A stretch of DNA of 64,000 bases, from NCBI GenBank assembly GCA_964597575.1, contig CAZQXB010000001.1:338111-402110 (forward strand), read 5' to 3'. Below the pieces are notes generated by a model. That model searched no databases and was not told where the DNA came from. It saw only the letters and a program-made list of their open reading frames with translations. The stretch's first letter is position 1, and every line of letters begins with the position of its first letter. This document shows, piece by piece, positions 39,693 through 50,393 of this stretch. This DNA is from an uncultured Gammaproteobacteria bacterium (GTDB taxonomy: Bacteria; Patescibacteriota; Patescibacteriia; Magasanikbacterales; UBA922). Made by a program: the position numbers and the translations under genes.

Positions 39693-41195
39693 ATGCTTAC
39701 CCCGTACGGACGCTATCGTTTGTACGAGATCCTTCCCGGACTCTCAATTTGGGCAACACTGATTGGGGCTTTTGTGCTTTCCGCTCTGTTTCCGCTCGCC
39801 ATGATTTATGCCATTATTCTGTTTGACATTTACTGGGTACTGAAAGTATTTCATTATTCTTTCTACTTACTCGTGGCTTGGCGCCGGTTTCATATTGTCC
39901 GGCATGTTGATTGGGAAACAAAATTAAAGCAGGAAATTCCGGCCTGGAAAACGAAAAAGCATCTTATCTTTCTTACTCTTTATAATGAATCATGGGATGT
40001 GGTCGAAACGGCACTCGCAAGTATTGCAACCGCGGTATACGACCCTTCTGTTTTTACGATTGTGGTCTGTGGGGAGGCGCGTACGGCTGAACATTATCAT
40101 GATATTTTTCCTAAAATAAAAAATCGTTTTGCCGGAGCATTTGCAGATATTGTCGGTACGCTTCACCCGACAGACTTGCCCGACGAGATTCCGGGAAAAG
40201 GGTCGAACTTGCATTATGCAGAAGGGCAGATGGTTTCGTACGTCGAAAAGAAAAAGTGGAATCCAGATGATGTGATCGTAACCATTTTTGATATTGATAC
40301 CGTGTGTCACGGTTCATACTTTGCGTACCTTACTTATATCTACTGTACTCACCCTAATCCAACTCGAAGTTCGTATCAGCCGGTGGCGCTTTATAATAAT
40401 AATATGTGGGAGTCTCCGGCCATGCTTCGGCTTATGGCGTTCGGAACCACCTTTTGGCTCATGACGGCGCTGGCTCGCCAAGATTCGCTCGTTACTTTTT
40501 CATCGCATTCCATGAGCTGGCGAGCCATTCTTGATGCCGGATTTCACGATAAAAGAATTGTGAGTGAGGATTCTCGTATTTTTTATCAGTGCTATTTAGC
40601 CTATGATGGAAAGTATGAAGTAACACCGCTCTATATTCCGGTATCAATGGACACGGTGCGCGATGATCGCTGGTGGCAAAGCATGGTGAATTTGTATAAA
40701 CAGCAGCGTCGTTGGGCGTGGGGGACTGAACACATTCCGTTTCTTTTGTATGAATTCAAGAAAAAAGGAAACCGCATTCCGTGGTACAGTAAGGTAAAAT
40801 GGCTTTTTATGGAGTGGGAAGGAAAATGGTCTTGGTGCACTGTTGCGCTTTTGATTACCGTGCTCGGGCGGCTCCCACTTTACCTGGCCCCAGAGTCCGT
40901 TCGTCAGAGTGCTCTCTATTTTAATGCGCCGACCATTCTTGAGACACTCATGACGTTAGCCATGGTTGGGCTCTTATTGTCGGCGGTTTGCAGTTTTCCA
41001 CTTCTGCCTAAAAAACCAGCATCGCACCCGCGCCATGCCTATGTTATGATGGTCGTACAGTGGTTACTCCTCCCATTTTCTCTTATTTTTGTGAGCGCCA
41101 TTCCCGCGATTGATGCGGTAACGCATCTGATGCGAGGAAAATATCTCGGGTTTAATGTTTCTCAAAAGAAGCGCCAAACTCCAAATTCTCTATGA
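39693..41195 (+). CDS. Processive-type GT2 membrane glycosyltransferase
   Basis: GKGSN, FDID, SED and QQRRW motifs; TMs at both ends. Confidence 0.85.
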   Translation: MLTPYGRYRLYEILPGLSIWATLIGAFVLSALFPLAMIYAIILFDIYWVLKVFHYSFYLLVAWRRFHIVRHVDWETKLKQEIPAWKTKKHLIFLTLYNESWDVVETALASIATAVYDPSVFTIVVCGEARTAEHYHDIFPKIKNRFAGAFADIVGTLHPTDLPDEIPGKGSNLHYAEGQMVSYVEKKKWNPDDVIVTIFDIDTVCHGSYFAYLTYIYCTHPNPTRSSYQPVALYNNNMWESPAMLRLMAFGTTFWLMTALARQDSLVTFSSHSMSWRAILDAGFHDKRIVSEDSRIFYQCYLAYDGKYEVTPLYIPVSMDTVRDDRWWQSMVNLYKQQRRWAWGTEHIPFLLYEFKKKGNRIPWYSKVKWLFMEWEGKWSWCTVALLITVLGRLPLYLAPESVRQSALYFNAPTILETLMTLAMVGLLLSAVCSFPLLPKKPASHPRHAYVMMVVQWLLLPFSLIFVSAIPAIDAVTHLMRGKYLGFNVSQKKRQTPNSL

Positions 41196-42697
41196 CGTTT
41201 TTGCATGAGCCAAAACAAAAACATCGAGGACGCTTCATTCTTATTGGCTGTGCCGTGTTGTTTTTTTTACTTCTCCTTGCCGGCCTCGTACTCCTGTTTT
41301 TGTGGAAGGCGGGCAAGATTCATGTTCCAGAAAAAGTAGTGCAAAGTACGGCTGAGGCAGTGGTCAAAAGACTTCAAGAACGATCACCTTCTTCAACTAT
41401 TTTCGCGGCCGAAGATGTGCCGCTTCTTCTCGGATTCCGTGAGCCAAAAACCTACTTGCTTCTTTTAGAAAATAATACTGAATTGCGGCCAGGTGGGGGT
41501 TTTATTGGTTCCTATGCCGTGGTCACGCTCGATAGTGGTCGACTCACCGTTGATACGATTGAAGGGTCCGAGCATGTAGATCGAGCAACGACCCCTGGTT
41601 CAAGTGTTCCTCCAGAACCATTGAAACAGTACCTTGGTGTTCCAGCTTGGTATTTTCGTGATGCGAATTGGTCGCCAGATTTTGCCGAAGGGGTGGCCGA
41701 GGTATTACGCGCGTATCGTCGAGCCGGAGGAGCAAAAGCTTCTGAAATTGATGCGGTATTTGCCATTACCCCAACGGTGCTTGAGGGGCTGCTCCGTTTA
41801 ACCGGTCCGCTTACGGTTGAGGGGAGTGTTTTTTCGGCAGAAACCGTCACACAAAAATTGCAATATGAAGTAGAGTACGCGTATGTGGATCGCGGTCTTA
41901 CTGCGAGCGAACGAAAAAATATCCTTTCTCCTTTTTTTACGGTTTTGGTTCGAGCAGTTGCACGAGATGCGTTTTTACGTCCGACAGAATATCTTGATTT
42001 AGGAAAACGGCTCGTGGAGGAAAAACAGATTATGGCGGTTTCGTCTGATCATACGATTGCAGAAATTATTGAGCGTGAAGGTGCGGGTGGACGAGTTTCA
42101 ACTTCAACTTATGGAGATTATGTTCTTTGGGTAGATGCGAATTTGGGGGCGCTCAAAACGGATCACGCCATGCGTCGTCGCTTAACGTATGAAATTATTC
42201 CAGAAAAAAATGGCTACAAGGCAACGGTGCGAATGGCGTATCGGCACACAGGGACGTTTGATTGGCGAACCACGAGATATCAAACGTACGCACGAGTGTT
42301 TGTGCCAAAAGGCGCCATCTTTTCTGGGGTCGAAGGAGTACATCGCAATGGTCGGCTGATTGCGCGAAATGATGTTGCCGTCGGTGAAGAATTAGGTAAG
42401 GTGTGGTACGGTTTGTTTTTTAGTGTAGAGCCTGGGGAAACAAAAGAACTGTCTTTTTCCTATGTCTTACCACCACAACTTGTTGAAGATATAAAAAATG
42501 GCACATACGATCTTCAGGTCCAAAAACAATTAGGGGTCGTTCCGTACAGTTTGACGCTCGCTCTTGATTTTGGTACTAGTATCCTACAGGCATCTCCACC
42601 TGAAGATCCAAAAGAATGGGGAAATTCGGTCTACACCTTTCAGGGTATGTTCCCTCGAGATATGTTTTTTCATGTGATGGCGGCGCCTCGTGAATAA
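41192..42697 (+). CDS. DUF4012-like membrane-anchored protein
   Basis: YLLLLENNTELRPGGGFIGSY, RDANWSPDF. Confidence 0.8.
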   Translation: MTFLHEPKQKHRGRFILIGCAVLFFLLLLAGLVLLFLWKAGKIHVPEKVVQSTAEAVVKRLQERSPSSTIFAAEDVPLLLGFREPKTYLLLLENNTELRPGGGFIGSYAVVTLDSGRLTVDTIEGSEHVDRATTPGSSVPPEPLKQYLGVPAWYFRDANWSPDFAEGVAEVLRAYRRAGGAKASEIDAVFAITPTVLEGLLRLTGPLTVEGSVFSAETVTQKLQYEVEYAYVDRGLTASERKNILSPFFTVLVRAVARDAFLRPTEYLDLGKRLVEEKQIMAVSSDHTIAEIIEREGAGGRVSTSTYGDYVLWVDANLGALKTDHAMRRRLTYEIIPEKNGYKATVRMAYRHTGTFDWRTTRYQTYARVFVPKGAIFSGVEGVHRNGRLIARNDVAVGEELGKVWYGLFFSVEPGETKELSFSYVLPPQLVEDIKNGTYDLQVQKQLGVVPYSLTLALDFGTSILQASPPEDPKEWGNSVYTFQGMFPRDMFFHVMAAPRE

Positions 42698-42703
42698 TGT
42701 TGT

Positions 42704-43711
42704 ATGTTTATTAAAAAAGTTGGCATCGACCTTGGTACCACCAATGTTCTCGTGCATATCCCGAAGCGCGGCATTGTGATTAACGAACCTTCCGTGGTTG
42801 CCATTAGTCGAGTTGACGGAAAAGTGCTCGCTGTTGGAGCAGAGGCAAAAGACATGATCGGCCGCACGCCTGATAGTATTATCGCGGAGCGACCCCTCAA
42901 AGACGGGGTTATTGCCAATTACCGTACGACCGAAGCCATGCTTCGTTATTTTATTAACAAAGCGATTGGGGGATTTCGTTTGTTTCGCCCGGAAGTGATG
43001 ATTGCGGTGCCTGCCGGTATCACGTCAACAGAACGTCGTGCTGTTATTGATGCGGCACTCGCCGCCGGGGCCCGGGCAGCATACATTATTAAAGAACCGA
43101 TCGTGGCGGCTATCGGAGCTGATATTCCGATTGGCTCGGCCTCAGGGCACATGATTATCGATATCGGCGGAGGAACTGCTGAAATTGCGGTTATTTCACT
43201 CGGAGGCATTGTTTCGTGGGGTTCGGTTCGCATTGGCGGTACGCGTTTTGACGCCTCGATTGCCGAGTATATTCGTCGTAAGTACGGCTTAGCTATTGGT
43301 GAGCGCACGTCGGAAGACGTGAAAATTACGATTGGTTCGGCCATGTTTATGAATAAACCGCTCACGATGGAGGTGAAAGGGCGCGACATGATTACGGGTC
43401 TTCCGCGCACTATGACGATTACAAGTGACGACACGACCGAGGCATTGCAACAAGATTTGGAAGGGTTGATTGAAGCGGTAAAAAAAGTACTCCACGATAC
43501 TCCTCCTGAACTTTCAGCAGATGTGATGGATAAAGGAATTATGATGTCCGGAGGTTCGTCCCAGCTCCGTAATCTTGATGAACTTATTTCGCAGTCAACC
43601 GGGGTGCCATGCTATGTTGCTGATGAACCCCTTCTGTGTGTAGTGAAGGGAACGGGGATTGCGCTTGAAAATTTGGATGCGTATAAACGCAGTGTTTTGG
43701 CTACGCGCTAA
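42704..43711 (+). CDS. mreB: Rod shape-determining protein MreB/Mbl
   Basis: GIDLGTTN, NEPSVVA, PLKDGVIA, DIGGGT, TPPELSAD. Confidence 0.96.
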   Translation: MFIKKVGIDLGTTNVLVHIPKRGIVINEPSVVAISRVDGKVLAVGAEAKDMIGRTPDSIIAERPLKDGVIANYRTTEAMLRYFINKAIGGFRLFRPEVMIAVPAGITSTERRAVIDAALAAGARAAYIIKEPIVAAIGADIPIGSASGHMIIDIGGGTAEIAVISLGGIVSWGSVRIGGTRFDASIAEYIRRKYGLAIGERTSEDVKITIGSAMFMNKPLTMEVKGRDMITGLPRTMTITSDDTTEALQQDLEGLIEAVKKVLHDTPPELSADVMDKGIMMSGGSSQLRNLDELISQSTGVPCYVADEPLLCVVKGTGIALENLDAYKRSVLATR

Positions 43712-43712
43712 T

Positions 43713-44036
43713 ATGGACCTTCAAGAACTGCAAAAGCTTCAAGAAGCGTATGATGCAAAATATTACGATGCGCGGCATGCCGTCGATGAACTATCATGCG
43801 TTCGCCATGTTACTCTTCATCTGGGAAAATTGCTCGGTAAAATTTCTGGGTTTATTGAGGTGAAAGAGCACGGAACAGAAAGTTCCTCTCGTGCGGTTCA
43901 AACAGAAGTGATTCCTGACCTTCTTTTTTGGGCACTTCATTTGGCAAATCGATATCACCTTAATTTGGAAGAGGTGTACCAAAATCGTCTTAGTCAAAAT
44001 AAAGAAAGAATTGAGAGTCAGAAAAAGGATGTATAG
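43713..44036 (+). CDS. MazG-like NTP pyrophosphohydrolase-fold protein
   Basis: All-helical; EVIPDLLFWALHLANRYHLNLEE. Confidence 0.6.
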   Translation: MDLQELQKLQEAYDAKYYDARHAVDELSCVRHVTLHLGKLLGKISGFIEVKEHGTESSSRAVQTEVIPDLLFWALHLANRYHLNLEEVYQNRLSQNKERIESQKKDV

Positions 44037-44042
44037 AAATAT

Positions 44043-45164
44043 ATGATCATCGGCATTGATGCCTCACGCGCCAATCACGACAAAAAAACGGGCGTGGAAT
44101 GGTATACGTGGCACATGATAGAAGAATTAAAAACACTCGTTCCAAATACCGACCGAGTTGTTTTGTATTCTGATACACCCCTTACGGGTGATATCGCCAA
44201 GCTCCCTCCGCATTGGGAGAGCCGAGTATTAGGGTGGCCTCCAAAAAAAAGATGGACACAAATTCGTTTCTCTTGGGAAATGTTTCGACGTCCACCTGAC
44301 GTATTATTTGTTCCGGCTCATGTTCTTCCTTTGATCCATCCTAAAAAAACCGTGCTTACCATTCACGATGTTGCTGGAGCCTATTTTCCGAAAGCATATA
44401 GTCGGTTTGAGCGCTGGTACAGTGTCTGGTCGGCGACGTTCGCTTTGCGAAAACAAGCCCAGGTTATTGTGCCAACAGAGCATGTCCGATCTGACCTGAT
44501 TCGGCTCACAAAAAAACCTGAACGAGTTGGGCAGATCACTGTCGTTCCTCACGGAGTTGATCCGTCTTTTGGTGTTCCTCATTCCGAAGAAGAAAAGAAA
44601 CGCGTTCGCTCAACCTATCATCTTCCAGAAACATATATTTTATTTGCCGGTCGATTAGAGGAAAAGAAAAATGTCGCTGGGCTTATTCGTGTCTATAATG
44701 CGTTTCGTCAAAAGTATCCAGAGCAAAAAGAAGCTTTGGTGCTCATTGGAAAACCCGGGTTCGGATACGATGCTGTGAAAAAAGAAATAGATCATTCGCC
44801 ATTTAAAAAAGATATTTTTGAATTGGGTTGGGTCAGTGCCGAGGATCTACCAGTACTATTTCAAGCAACACGAGCCTTTGTTTTTCTCAGCTGGTACGAA
44901 GGTTTTGGTATTCCGCTTCTTGAGGCATTTCAGTCTGGGGTCCCCGTGCTTTCATCGAATCGATCGTGTTTGCCTGAGGTTGGAGGGGAGGCATGCGTGT
45001 TTATTGACCCAAAAGACGAAGGGTGTGCTGTTGACAGCCTCTATACACTCCTGACTTCAGAAGAGATGAGGCAAAAATATACACAGGCAGGTTTTTCGAG
45101 AGTCCGAGAGTTTGACTGGAAAAAATCGGCAATGCAAACCCTTCGTGTTATTCGTTCGGCATAG
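44043..45164 (+). CDS. GT4 glycosyltransferase
   Basis: IGIDASRA, TIHD, GRLEEKKN, YEGFGIPLLEA. Confidence 0.92.
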   Translation: MIIGIDASRANHDKKTGVEWYTWHMIEELKTLVPNTDRVVLYSDTPLTGDIAKLPPHWESRVLGWPPKKRWTQIRFSWEMFRRPPDVLFVPAHVLPLIHPKKTVLTIHDVAGAYFPKAYSRFERWYSVWSATFALRKQAQVIVPTEHVRSDLIRLTKKPERVGQITVVPHGVDPSFGVPHSEEEKKRVRSTYHLPETYILFAGRLEEKKNVAGLIRVYNAFRQKYPEQKEALVLIGKPGFGYDAVKKEIDHSPFKKDIFELGWVSAEDLPVLFQATRAFVFLSWYEGFGIPLLEAFQSGVPVLSSNRSCLPEVGGEACVFIDPKDEGCAVDSLYTLLTSEEMRQKYTQAGFSRVREFDWKKSAMQTLRVIRSA

Positions 45165-45228
45165 GGGCCCTCGACGTTTTTCCATTTCCACGCTACCCTA
45201 GGAAAGGAGGAGTATTCTTGTTGTTTTT

Positions 45229-46884
45229 ATGTCTGATCATTTAAATGCTGCTCACGCCTTTGTAAAAGCGCTGGAACATGAGGGGGTGGAGTATTGCTTT
45301 GCTGTTCCTGGGGAAGAAAATTTAGATTTGCTTGAGGCACTCCGCACCTCTTCAATACGCCTTATTACCACTCGCCACGAACAGTCGGCGGCATTTATGG
45401 CGGCAACCATTGGCCGCCTGACCGGAAAACCTGGTGTGGTGATGACAACGCTTGGACCAGGGGCGACCAATTTAGCGACAGCAGCAGCCTATGCCACGCT
45501 TGGGGCCATGCCTCTGTTTATGGTTACTGGGCAAAAGCCGATTAAAATAAGTAAGCAAGGGCATTTCCAAATTATTTCGGTCGTCGATATCATGAAACCG
45601 ATTACAAAATATACCCGACAAATTGTGAGCGCCACCACAGTTCCAGCCCGAGTACGGGAAGCTTTTCGTGTTGCTATGGAAGAACGGCCAGGGGCAACTC
45701 ACTTAGAATTACCAGAAGATATCGCCGCTGAAGAAGTCGGGGAGTTGCCACTCTTTCCGAATGGGAAAATTCGACGCCCTGCCGCAGAAGAAAAGGCTGT
45801 GGCGTTAGCCATAGAAATGATTGAGGGGGCAAAGCGACCGCTTATTGTGATTGGTGCAGGTGCCAATAGAAAACTCGTTTCAAAAAGCCTTCGAGAATTT
45901 ATTGATAAAACAGGTATTCCGTTTTGCTCAACACAGATGGGAAAAGGTGTCGTCGATGAGCGCCATGAACTTTCTTTGGGGTGTACGGCCTTATCTTCAG
46001 GAGATTTTGTTCATTCGGCTATTGCAGAATCAGACTGCATTATCAATATCGGCCATGATGTAGTTGAGAAGCCGCCATTTTTGATGCGCCATGATGGGCC
46101 GAAAGTGATTCATGTGAATTTTAATTCGGCAGCCGTCGACGATGTCTATTTTCCTCATTTAGAAGTTATCGGGGATATTGGAAACGCACTTTGGCAAATG
46201 ACGGAAAAAATAACCACGCAAACGGTTTGGGATTTTGCCTCCATGAAAAATACGAAAATAAAGTTAGAGGCTCACATTGCTCGCGATAGTGCGGCTCCTG
46301 ATTTTCCCATTCGACCGAGTCGGTTTGTGGCAGATATTCGGGCCGCCATGCCGGCCGATGGAATTGTGTGCCTGGATAATGGGATGTATAAACTGTGGTT
46401 TGCTCGTCAGTATAAAACCTATGAGAGGAATACCTTACTTCTCGACAACGCACTTGCGACGATGGGGGCCGGGCTTCCGGCTGGGATGGCTGCAAAACTG
46501 ACGAATCCAGAAAAAGCCGTTCTGGTCGTTGCTGGTGACGGAGGATTTCTCATGAATGTTCACGAACTTGAAACGGCTGTTCGGCTGAAGCTCAATTTAA
46601 CCATAGTCGTTCTTCGTGACGATGGATACGGCATGATTCAGTGGAAACAAGCAGCTTCAGGTATGGATTCATTTGGTTTAACATTTGGGAACCCTGACAT
46701 GGTTGCGCTGGCTAAAAGTTTTGGGGCCGAGGGGTATCGCATCAATCAGACTAATGAATTATTACCACGCCTTTCCTCGTGTCTTACTACGCCTGGGGTG
46801 CATGTTGTCGATGTACCAATTGATTACGCGGATAATATAAAGATTTTGACTCACGAACTTCGCGAAATCATGTCTGCCTCATAA
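45229..46884 (+). CDS. ThDP-dependent acetolactate-synthase-like enzyme (possible 2-oxoacid decarboxylase)
   Basis: PGEENL, TRHEQ, TLGPGATN, LLDNALATMGAG, GDGGF. Confidence 0.88.
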   Translation: MSDHLNAAHAFVKALEHEGVEYCFAVPGEENLDLLEALRTSSIRLITTRHEQSAAFMAATIGRLTGKPGVVMTTLGPGATNLATAAAYATLGAMPLFMVTGQKPIKISKQGHFQIISVVDIMKPITKYTRQIVSATTVPARVREAFRVAMEERPGATHLELPEDIAAEEVGELPLFPNGKIRRPAAEEKAVALAIEMIEGAKRPLIVIGAGANRKLVSKSLREFIDKTGIPFCSTQMGKGVVDERHELSLGCTALSSGDFVHSAIAESDCIINIGHDVVEKPPFLMRHDGPKVIHVNFNSAAVDDVYFPHLEVIGDIGNALWQMTEKITTQTVWDFASMKNTKIKLEAHIARDSAAPDFPIRPSRFVADIRAAMPADGIVCLDNGMYKLWFARQYKTYERNTLLLDNALATMGAGLPAGMAAKLTNPEKAVLVVAGDGGFLMNVHELETAVRLKLNLTIVVLRDDGYGMIQWKQAASGMDSFGLTFGNPDMVALAKSFGAEGYRINQTNELLPRLSSCLTTPGVHVVDVPIDYADNIKILTHELREIMSAS

Positions 46885-46921
46885 GACTGACTTTGGTTTT
46901 GTCGGGTTTATCTCTATACAT

Positions 46922-48283
46922 ATGTTGAACGTTATTCATCCGGGAACCGGAGAGGTTATTCAAACGTATCCGCTTCACTCTAAAGAAGAAGTAGAGACTC
47001 GACTGAAGAGGGCAAGCGAAACTTTTTTGACTTGGAAATTACTCTCATACCGAGAACGGGGGGCGCATCTGAAGCGTGTGGCCGAGGTGCTTCGTGCAAA
47101 GAGTGAGGTTTTGGCGAAACTCATGACGGACGAAATGGGAAAACCTATGAAACAAGCGCGAGCCGAAGTAGAAAAATCTGCCTGGGTTCTTGAGTATTAT
47201 GCAGAACAGGGTGAGCGTATTCTCTCAGAAGAAGGTATTCAAAGCGATGCGACCAAAAGTTACGTTCGTTTTGATCCAATGGGAATTATTTTTGCGATCA
47301 TGCCGTGGAATTTTCCTTTCTGGCAAGTGTTTCGATTCATTGCGCCGGCCGCTATGGCTGGAAACGTGGGGCTTTTAAAACACGCGTCGAATGTTCCGGG
47401 CTGTGCTTTGGCGATTGAAGAAGTATTCCGATCGGCCGAAGTGCCAGACGGGGTCTTCCAGTCGTTACTTATTCGGGGTGGGGAAGCAGAAGCGCTTATT
47501 CACGATGAGCGTATTGCGGCTGTAACATTAACAGGAAGTGAGGCTGCAGGGAGAGCGGTGGCAAGTGCTGCGGGTGCAGCTCTTAAAAAAACAGTATTAG
47601 AGCTCGGGGGAAGCGACCCCTTTATCGTGCTTCGTGATGCGAATATTTCAGATGCTATTGCTGTGGCCACTACTTCACGTTTACAAAACGCTGGTCAAAG
47701 CTGTATTGCGGCCAAACGATTTATTGTTGAAGAAGAGGTTGCTGACGCATTTATCAGTGGACTGAAACAAGCATTTGAAACCATTAAGGTAGGGGATCCC
47801 TATGATGAGACTACCGAATTTGGCCCGCTTGTTAGTAATGAGGCAAGAAATGAAATTCATACGCAGGTAACTAAAGCGCTTGAGGCAGGTGCGCGCTGTG
47901 TTACAGGGGGAACATCGCTTTCCCGTCCCGGATTTTTTTACGCCCCAACCATTCTGACCGATATTACGAAAGACATGGCGATTTATAAAGAAGAAGTATT
48001 TGGGCCGGTTGCCCTTGTGTTTCGGGTAAAGAATCTCGCTGAGGCGCTCCAGATTGCGAACGATACCCCTTTTGGTCTTGGTGCTGCTATTTGGACTGTT
48101 GACACGGCTAAAGCTGAAGAGGTGGCGAAAGATATTGTGGCCGGCACCGTTGTTATTAATGGTATGGTGAAATCTGACCCCCGTTTGCCGTTTGGAGGCA
48201 CAAAGATATCCGGCTATGGGCGAGAGCTCTCTTCGTATGGAATGAAAGAGTTCGTACATATCAAGACTGTTTGGATTCGCTAG
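46922..48283 (+). CDS. NAD(P)-dependent succinate-semialdehyde dehydrogenase-like ALDH
   Basis: IMPWNFPFWQ, LKHASNV, LELGGSDP, NAGQSCIAAKR, EEVFGP. Confidence 0.9.
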   Translation: MLNVIHPGTGEVIQTYPLHSKEEVETRLKRASETFLTWKLLSYRERGAHLKRVAEVLRAKSEVLAKLMTDEMGKPMKQARAEVEKSAWVLEYYAEQGERILSEEGIQSDATKSYVRFDPMGIIFAIMPWNFPFWQVFRFIAPAAMAGNVGLLKHASNVPGCALAIEEVFRSAEVPDGVFQSLLIRGGEAEALIHDERIAAVTLTGSEAAGRAVASAAGAALKKTVLELGGSDPFIVLRDANISDAIAVATTSRLQNAGQSCIAAKRFIVEEEVADAFISGLKQAFETIKVGDPYDETTEFGPLVSNEARNEIHTQVTKALEAGARCVTGGTSLSRPGFFYAPTILTDITKDMAIYKEEVFGPVALVFRVKNLAEALQIANDTPFGLGAAIWTVDTAKAEEVAKDIVAGTVVINGMVKSDPRLPFGGTKISGYGRELSSYGMKEFVHIKTVWIR

Positions 48284-48323
48284 AACTGGAATTTTTTCAG
48301 AAACGTGCTATACTCTACCTTGT

Positions 48324-49271
48324 ATGGAGACCCTCATTGGCCACGAATCTATTCGGGCATACTTTGAAAAAGCTGAACAAGCTGGTGCCCTCCATCACGC
48401 GTACATGCTCGTTGGGCCAGAAGGGGTAGGGAAACGCACATTTGCCCGCCTCGTATCTGCGCGTCTTCTTGGGGTTAAGCCAGAGGCTTTACGTCAACAC
48501 CCAGACGTGTTCGAACTCGTTCGTGGGGTGGACGAAAAAACCGGCAAAACCAAGAAATACATTTCGACGGATGACATTCGTGGGCTTTTGGCCCGATTAT
48601 CAGAAGCGTCTTTTTTGGGAGGCTACCGTGTAGCCTTTATCGACGGGGCAGAGGATCTCAGTATCGGCGCGGCCAATGCGTTTCTTAAAACGCTTGAAGA
48701 ACCAAAAGGCCGAACCATTCTTTGGCTTATTGTCGAAGATGAAACACGGGTTCCGCTCACCATTCGCTCTCGCTGTCAGGTGGTTATGATGCCGCGAGTA
48801 CGCACCTCGCTTATCTCGGACGCACTCATACTTCGGGGAGTACCAGCGAAACAGGCAGAACAGGTGGCCCGCATTTCACTTGGGCGGCCGGGTATAGCGC
48901 TCGAGGCTCTCGAGTCTACAGAGGAACGTCATTGGTTTGAAACAGAAGTTGAGCGGTTTCAGGCGCTCTTCGGAAAAAGTTTTCATGAAAAACTCACCCT
49001 TGTAGAAGAGCTTTTCGGGGATAAGACAGATCATATTGGAGCGCGTGAAACACTTTCTGTTCGTTTAGGGCTTTGGCAGTTAGCGCTTTCTGATATTGTA
49101 CGTACGAGTCGCGGGCTTCCATCACGAATTCTTTCTGAAGAAAAAAAACTTCCGATTGAAGGTGAGAGTGCCGTTCGTATTGATAAGGCTATTCGTTATT
49201 CCAAGCAATATATGGAAGCGAATGTACACCCCCGATTACTTATTGAACATATTCTCCAAGTTATTCCATAA
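48324..49271 (+). CDS. holB: DNA polymerase III delta-prime subunit
   Basis: HHAYMLVGPEGVGK, HPD, AANAFLKTLEEP, TIRSRC. Confidence 0.88.
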   Translation: METLIGHESIRAYFEKAEQAGALHHAYMLVGPEGVGKRTFARLVSARLLGVKPEALRQHPDVFELVRGVDEKTGKTKKYISTDDIRGLLARLSEASFLGGYRVAFIDGAEDLSIGAANAFLKTLEEPKGRTILWLIVEDETRVPLTIRSRCQVVMMPRVRTSLISDALILRGVPAKQAEQVARISLGRPGIALEALESTEERHWFETEVERFQALFGKSFHEKLTLVEELFGDKTDHIGARETLSVRLGLWQLALSDIVRTSRGLPSRILSEEKKLPIEGESAVRIDKAIRYSKQYMEANVHPRLLIEHILQVIP

Positions 49272-49275
49272 TTTT

Positions 49276-50367
49276 ATGCGTATCGTTGCATCTCGGTTAG
49301 CCTTTCTTCTTATCGCGGTTGTCGTTCTCGGAGCGGGTTGTGATTTTTTTAGTGGCAACAAGCAAAATACCAGTGCCGGTCCTGTTGGTATGTTTGTTTC
49401 AAGCGACCAGGGAAGCACTTGGAAACCCATTGTTTCATACCCTACCACTCAAGGCGTTCGTTCTCTTTCCGGAGTGAGCGTTTTTCGTTTAGTTGATGAT
49501 CCGGCTGCTTCTAATTCTTTTTACTGGCTTTCTCGGGAAAGTGGTCTTTTCTTTACGACCGATGAGGGTGCATCTTGGCAAGGGGCCAGGCTGCCTGTGG
49601 CAAATGCCTTTGTATACGACATAGCGGTACATCCTGAAAATAAATGTGTGGTGTACGCTTCGCTTGGAAGTGTCGTGTATAAAACAGATGATTGTACGCG
49701 AACTTGGACAGAGGTGTATCGTGAATCACGAACCAATACTAGAATTGCAGCACTTGCCATTGATCCGTTCGCTCCGGACTCTGTAGTTATGACAGCAGAT
49801 AATGGCGATATTTTGCAAAGTGTCGATGCGGGGGAAACGTGGGCGACGATGTATCGGTTCAAGGTTCCATTTTCTGCGGTAAAACCAGACCCTATTCAGG
49901 AAGGTGTTTGGTATGGAGCCTCTCGCAAAAAGGGGTTGTACCGAAGTGATGATGGTGGAATTACCTGGGAACCGCTACAGGCAAATATGAAATCATTCTC
50001 CGGTTCTGCAGATTTCCGACGTTTAGTTATTCATCCGAAAAAAGCCGGAGTCTTGTATTGGGTGTCGGCGTATGGTATTTTGGTCTCGAATGATAGTGGA
50101 GAGACATGGCGTCCTATGAAACTGGTAACCCCTCCCGGAAGTGCGCAGATTTATGGTTTTGCGGTGAATGTGAACAATGATAATGAAGTATACTACACTG
50201 CCACCATTAATCAGCGTTCCACCTTTTATCGGAGTGCCGATGGAGGCGAGAGTTGGAAGACACAAAAGCTTCCTTCCGGTCAGGTGCCAACCGCGCTTCG
50301 GGTGCATCCTGCCGAAGGAAAGGGGAATCTTCTCTATGTTGGTTTCAATTATTTACCAAAACAATAA
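49276..50367 (+). CDS. BNR/Asp-box beta-propeller lipoprotein
   Basis: Lipobox-like LGAGC; repeated SxDxGxTW. Confidence 0.85.
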   Translation: MRIVASRLAFLLIAVVVLGAGCDFFSGNKQNTSAGPVGMFVSSDQGSTWKPIVSYPTTQGVRSLSGVSVFRLVDDPAASNSFYWLSRESGLFFTTDEGASWQGARLPVANAFVYDIAVHPENKCVVYASLGSVVYKTDDCTRTWTEVYRESRTNTRIAALAIDPFAPDSVVMTADNGDILQSVDAGETWATMYRFKVPFSAVKPDPIQEGVWYGASRKKGLYRSDDGGITWEPLQANMKSFSGSADFRRLVIHPKKAGVLYWVSAYGILVSNDSGETWRPMKLVTPPGSAQIYGFAVNVNNDNEVYYTATINQRSTFYRSADGGESWKTQKLPSGQVPTALRVHPAEGKGNLLYVGFNYLPKQ

Positions 50368-50393
50368 AGCAACACTCAAAAATATACTATCTT

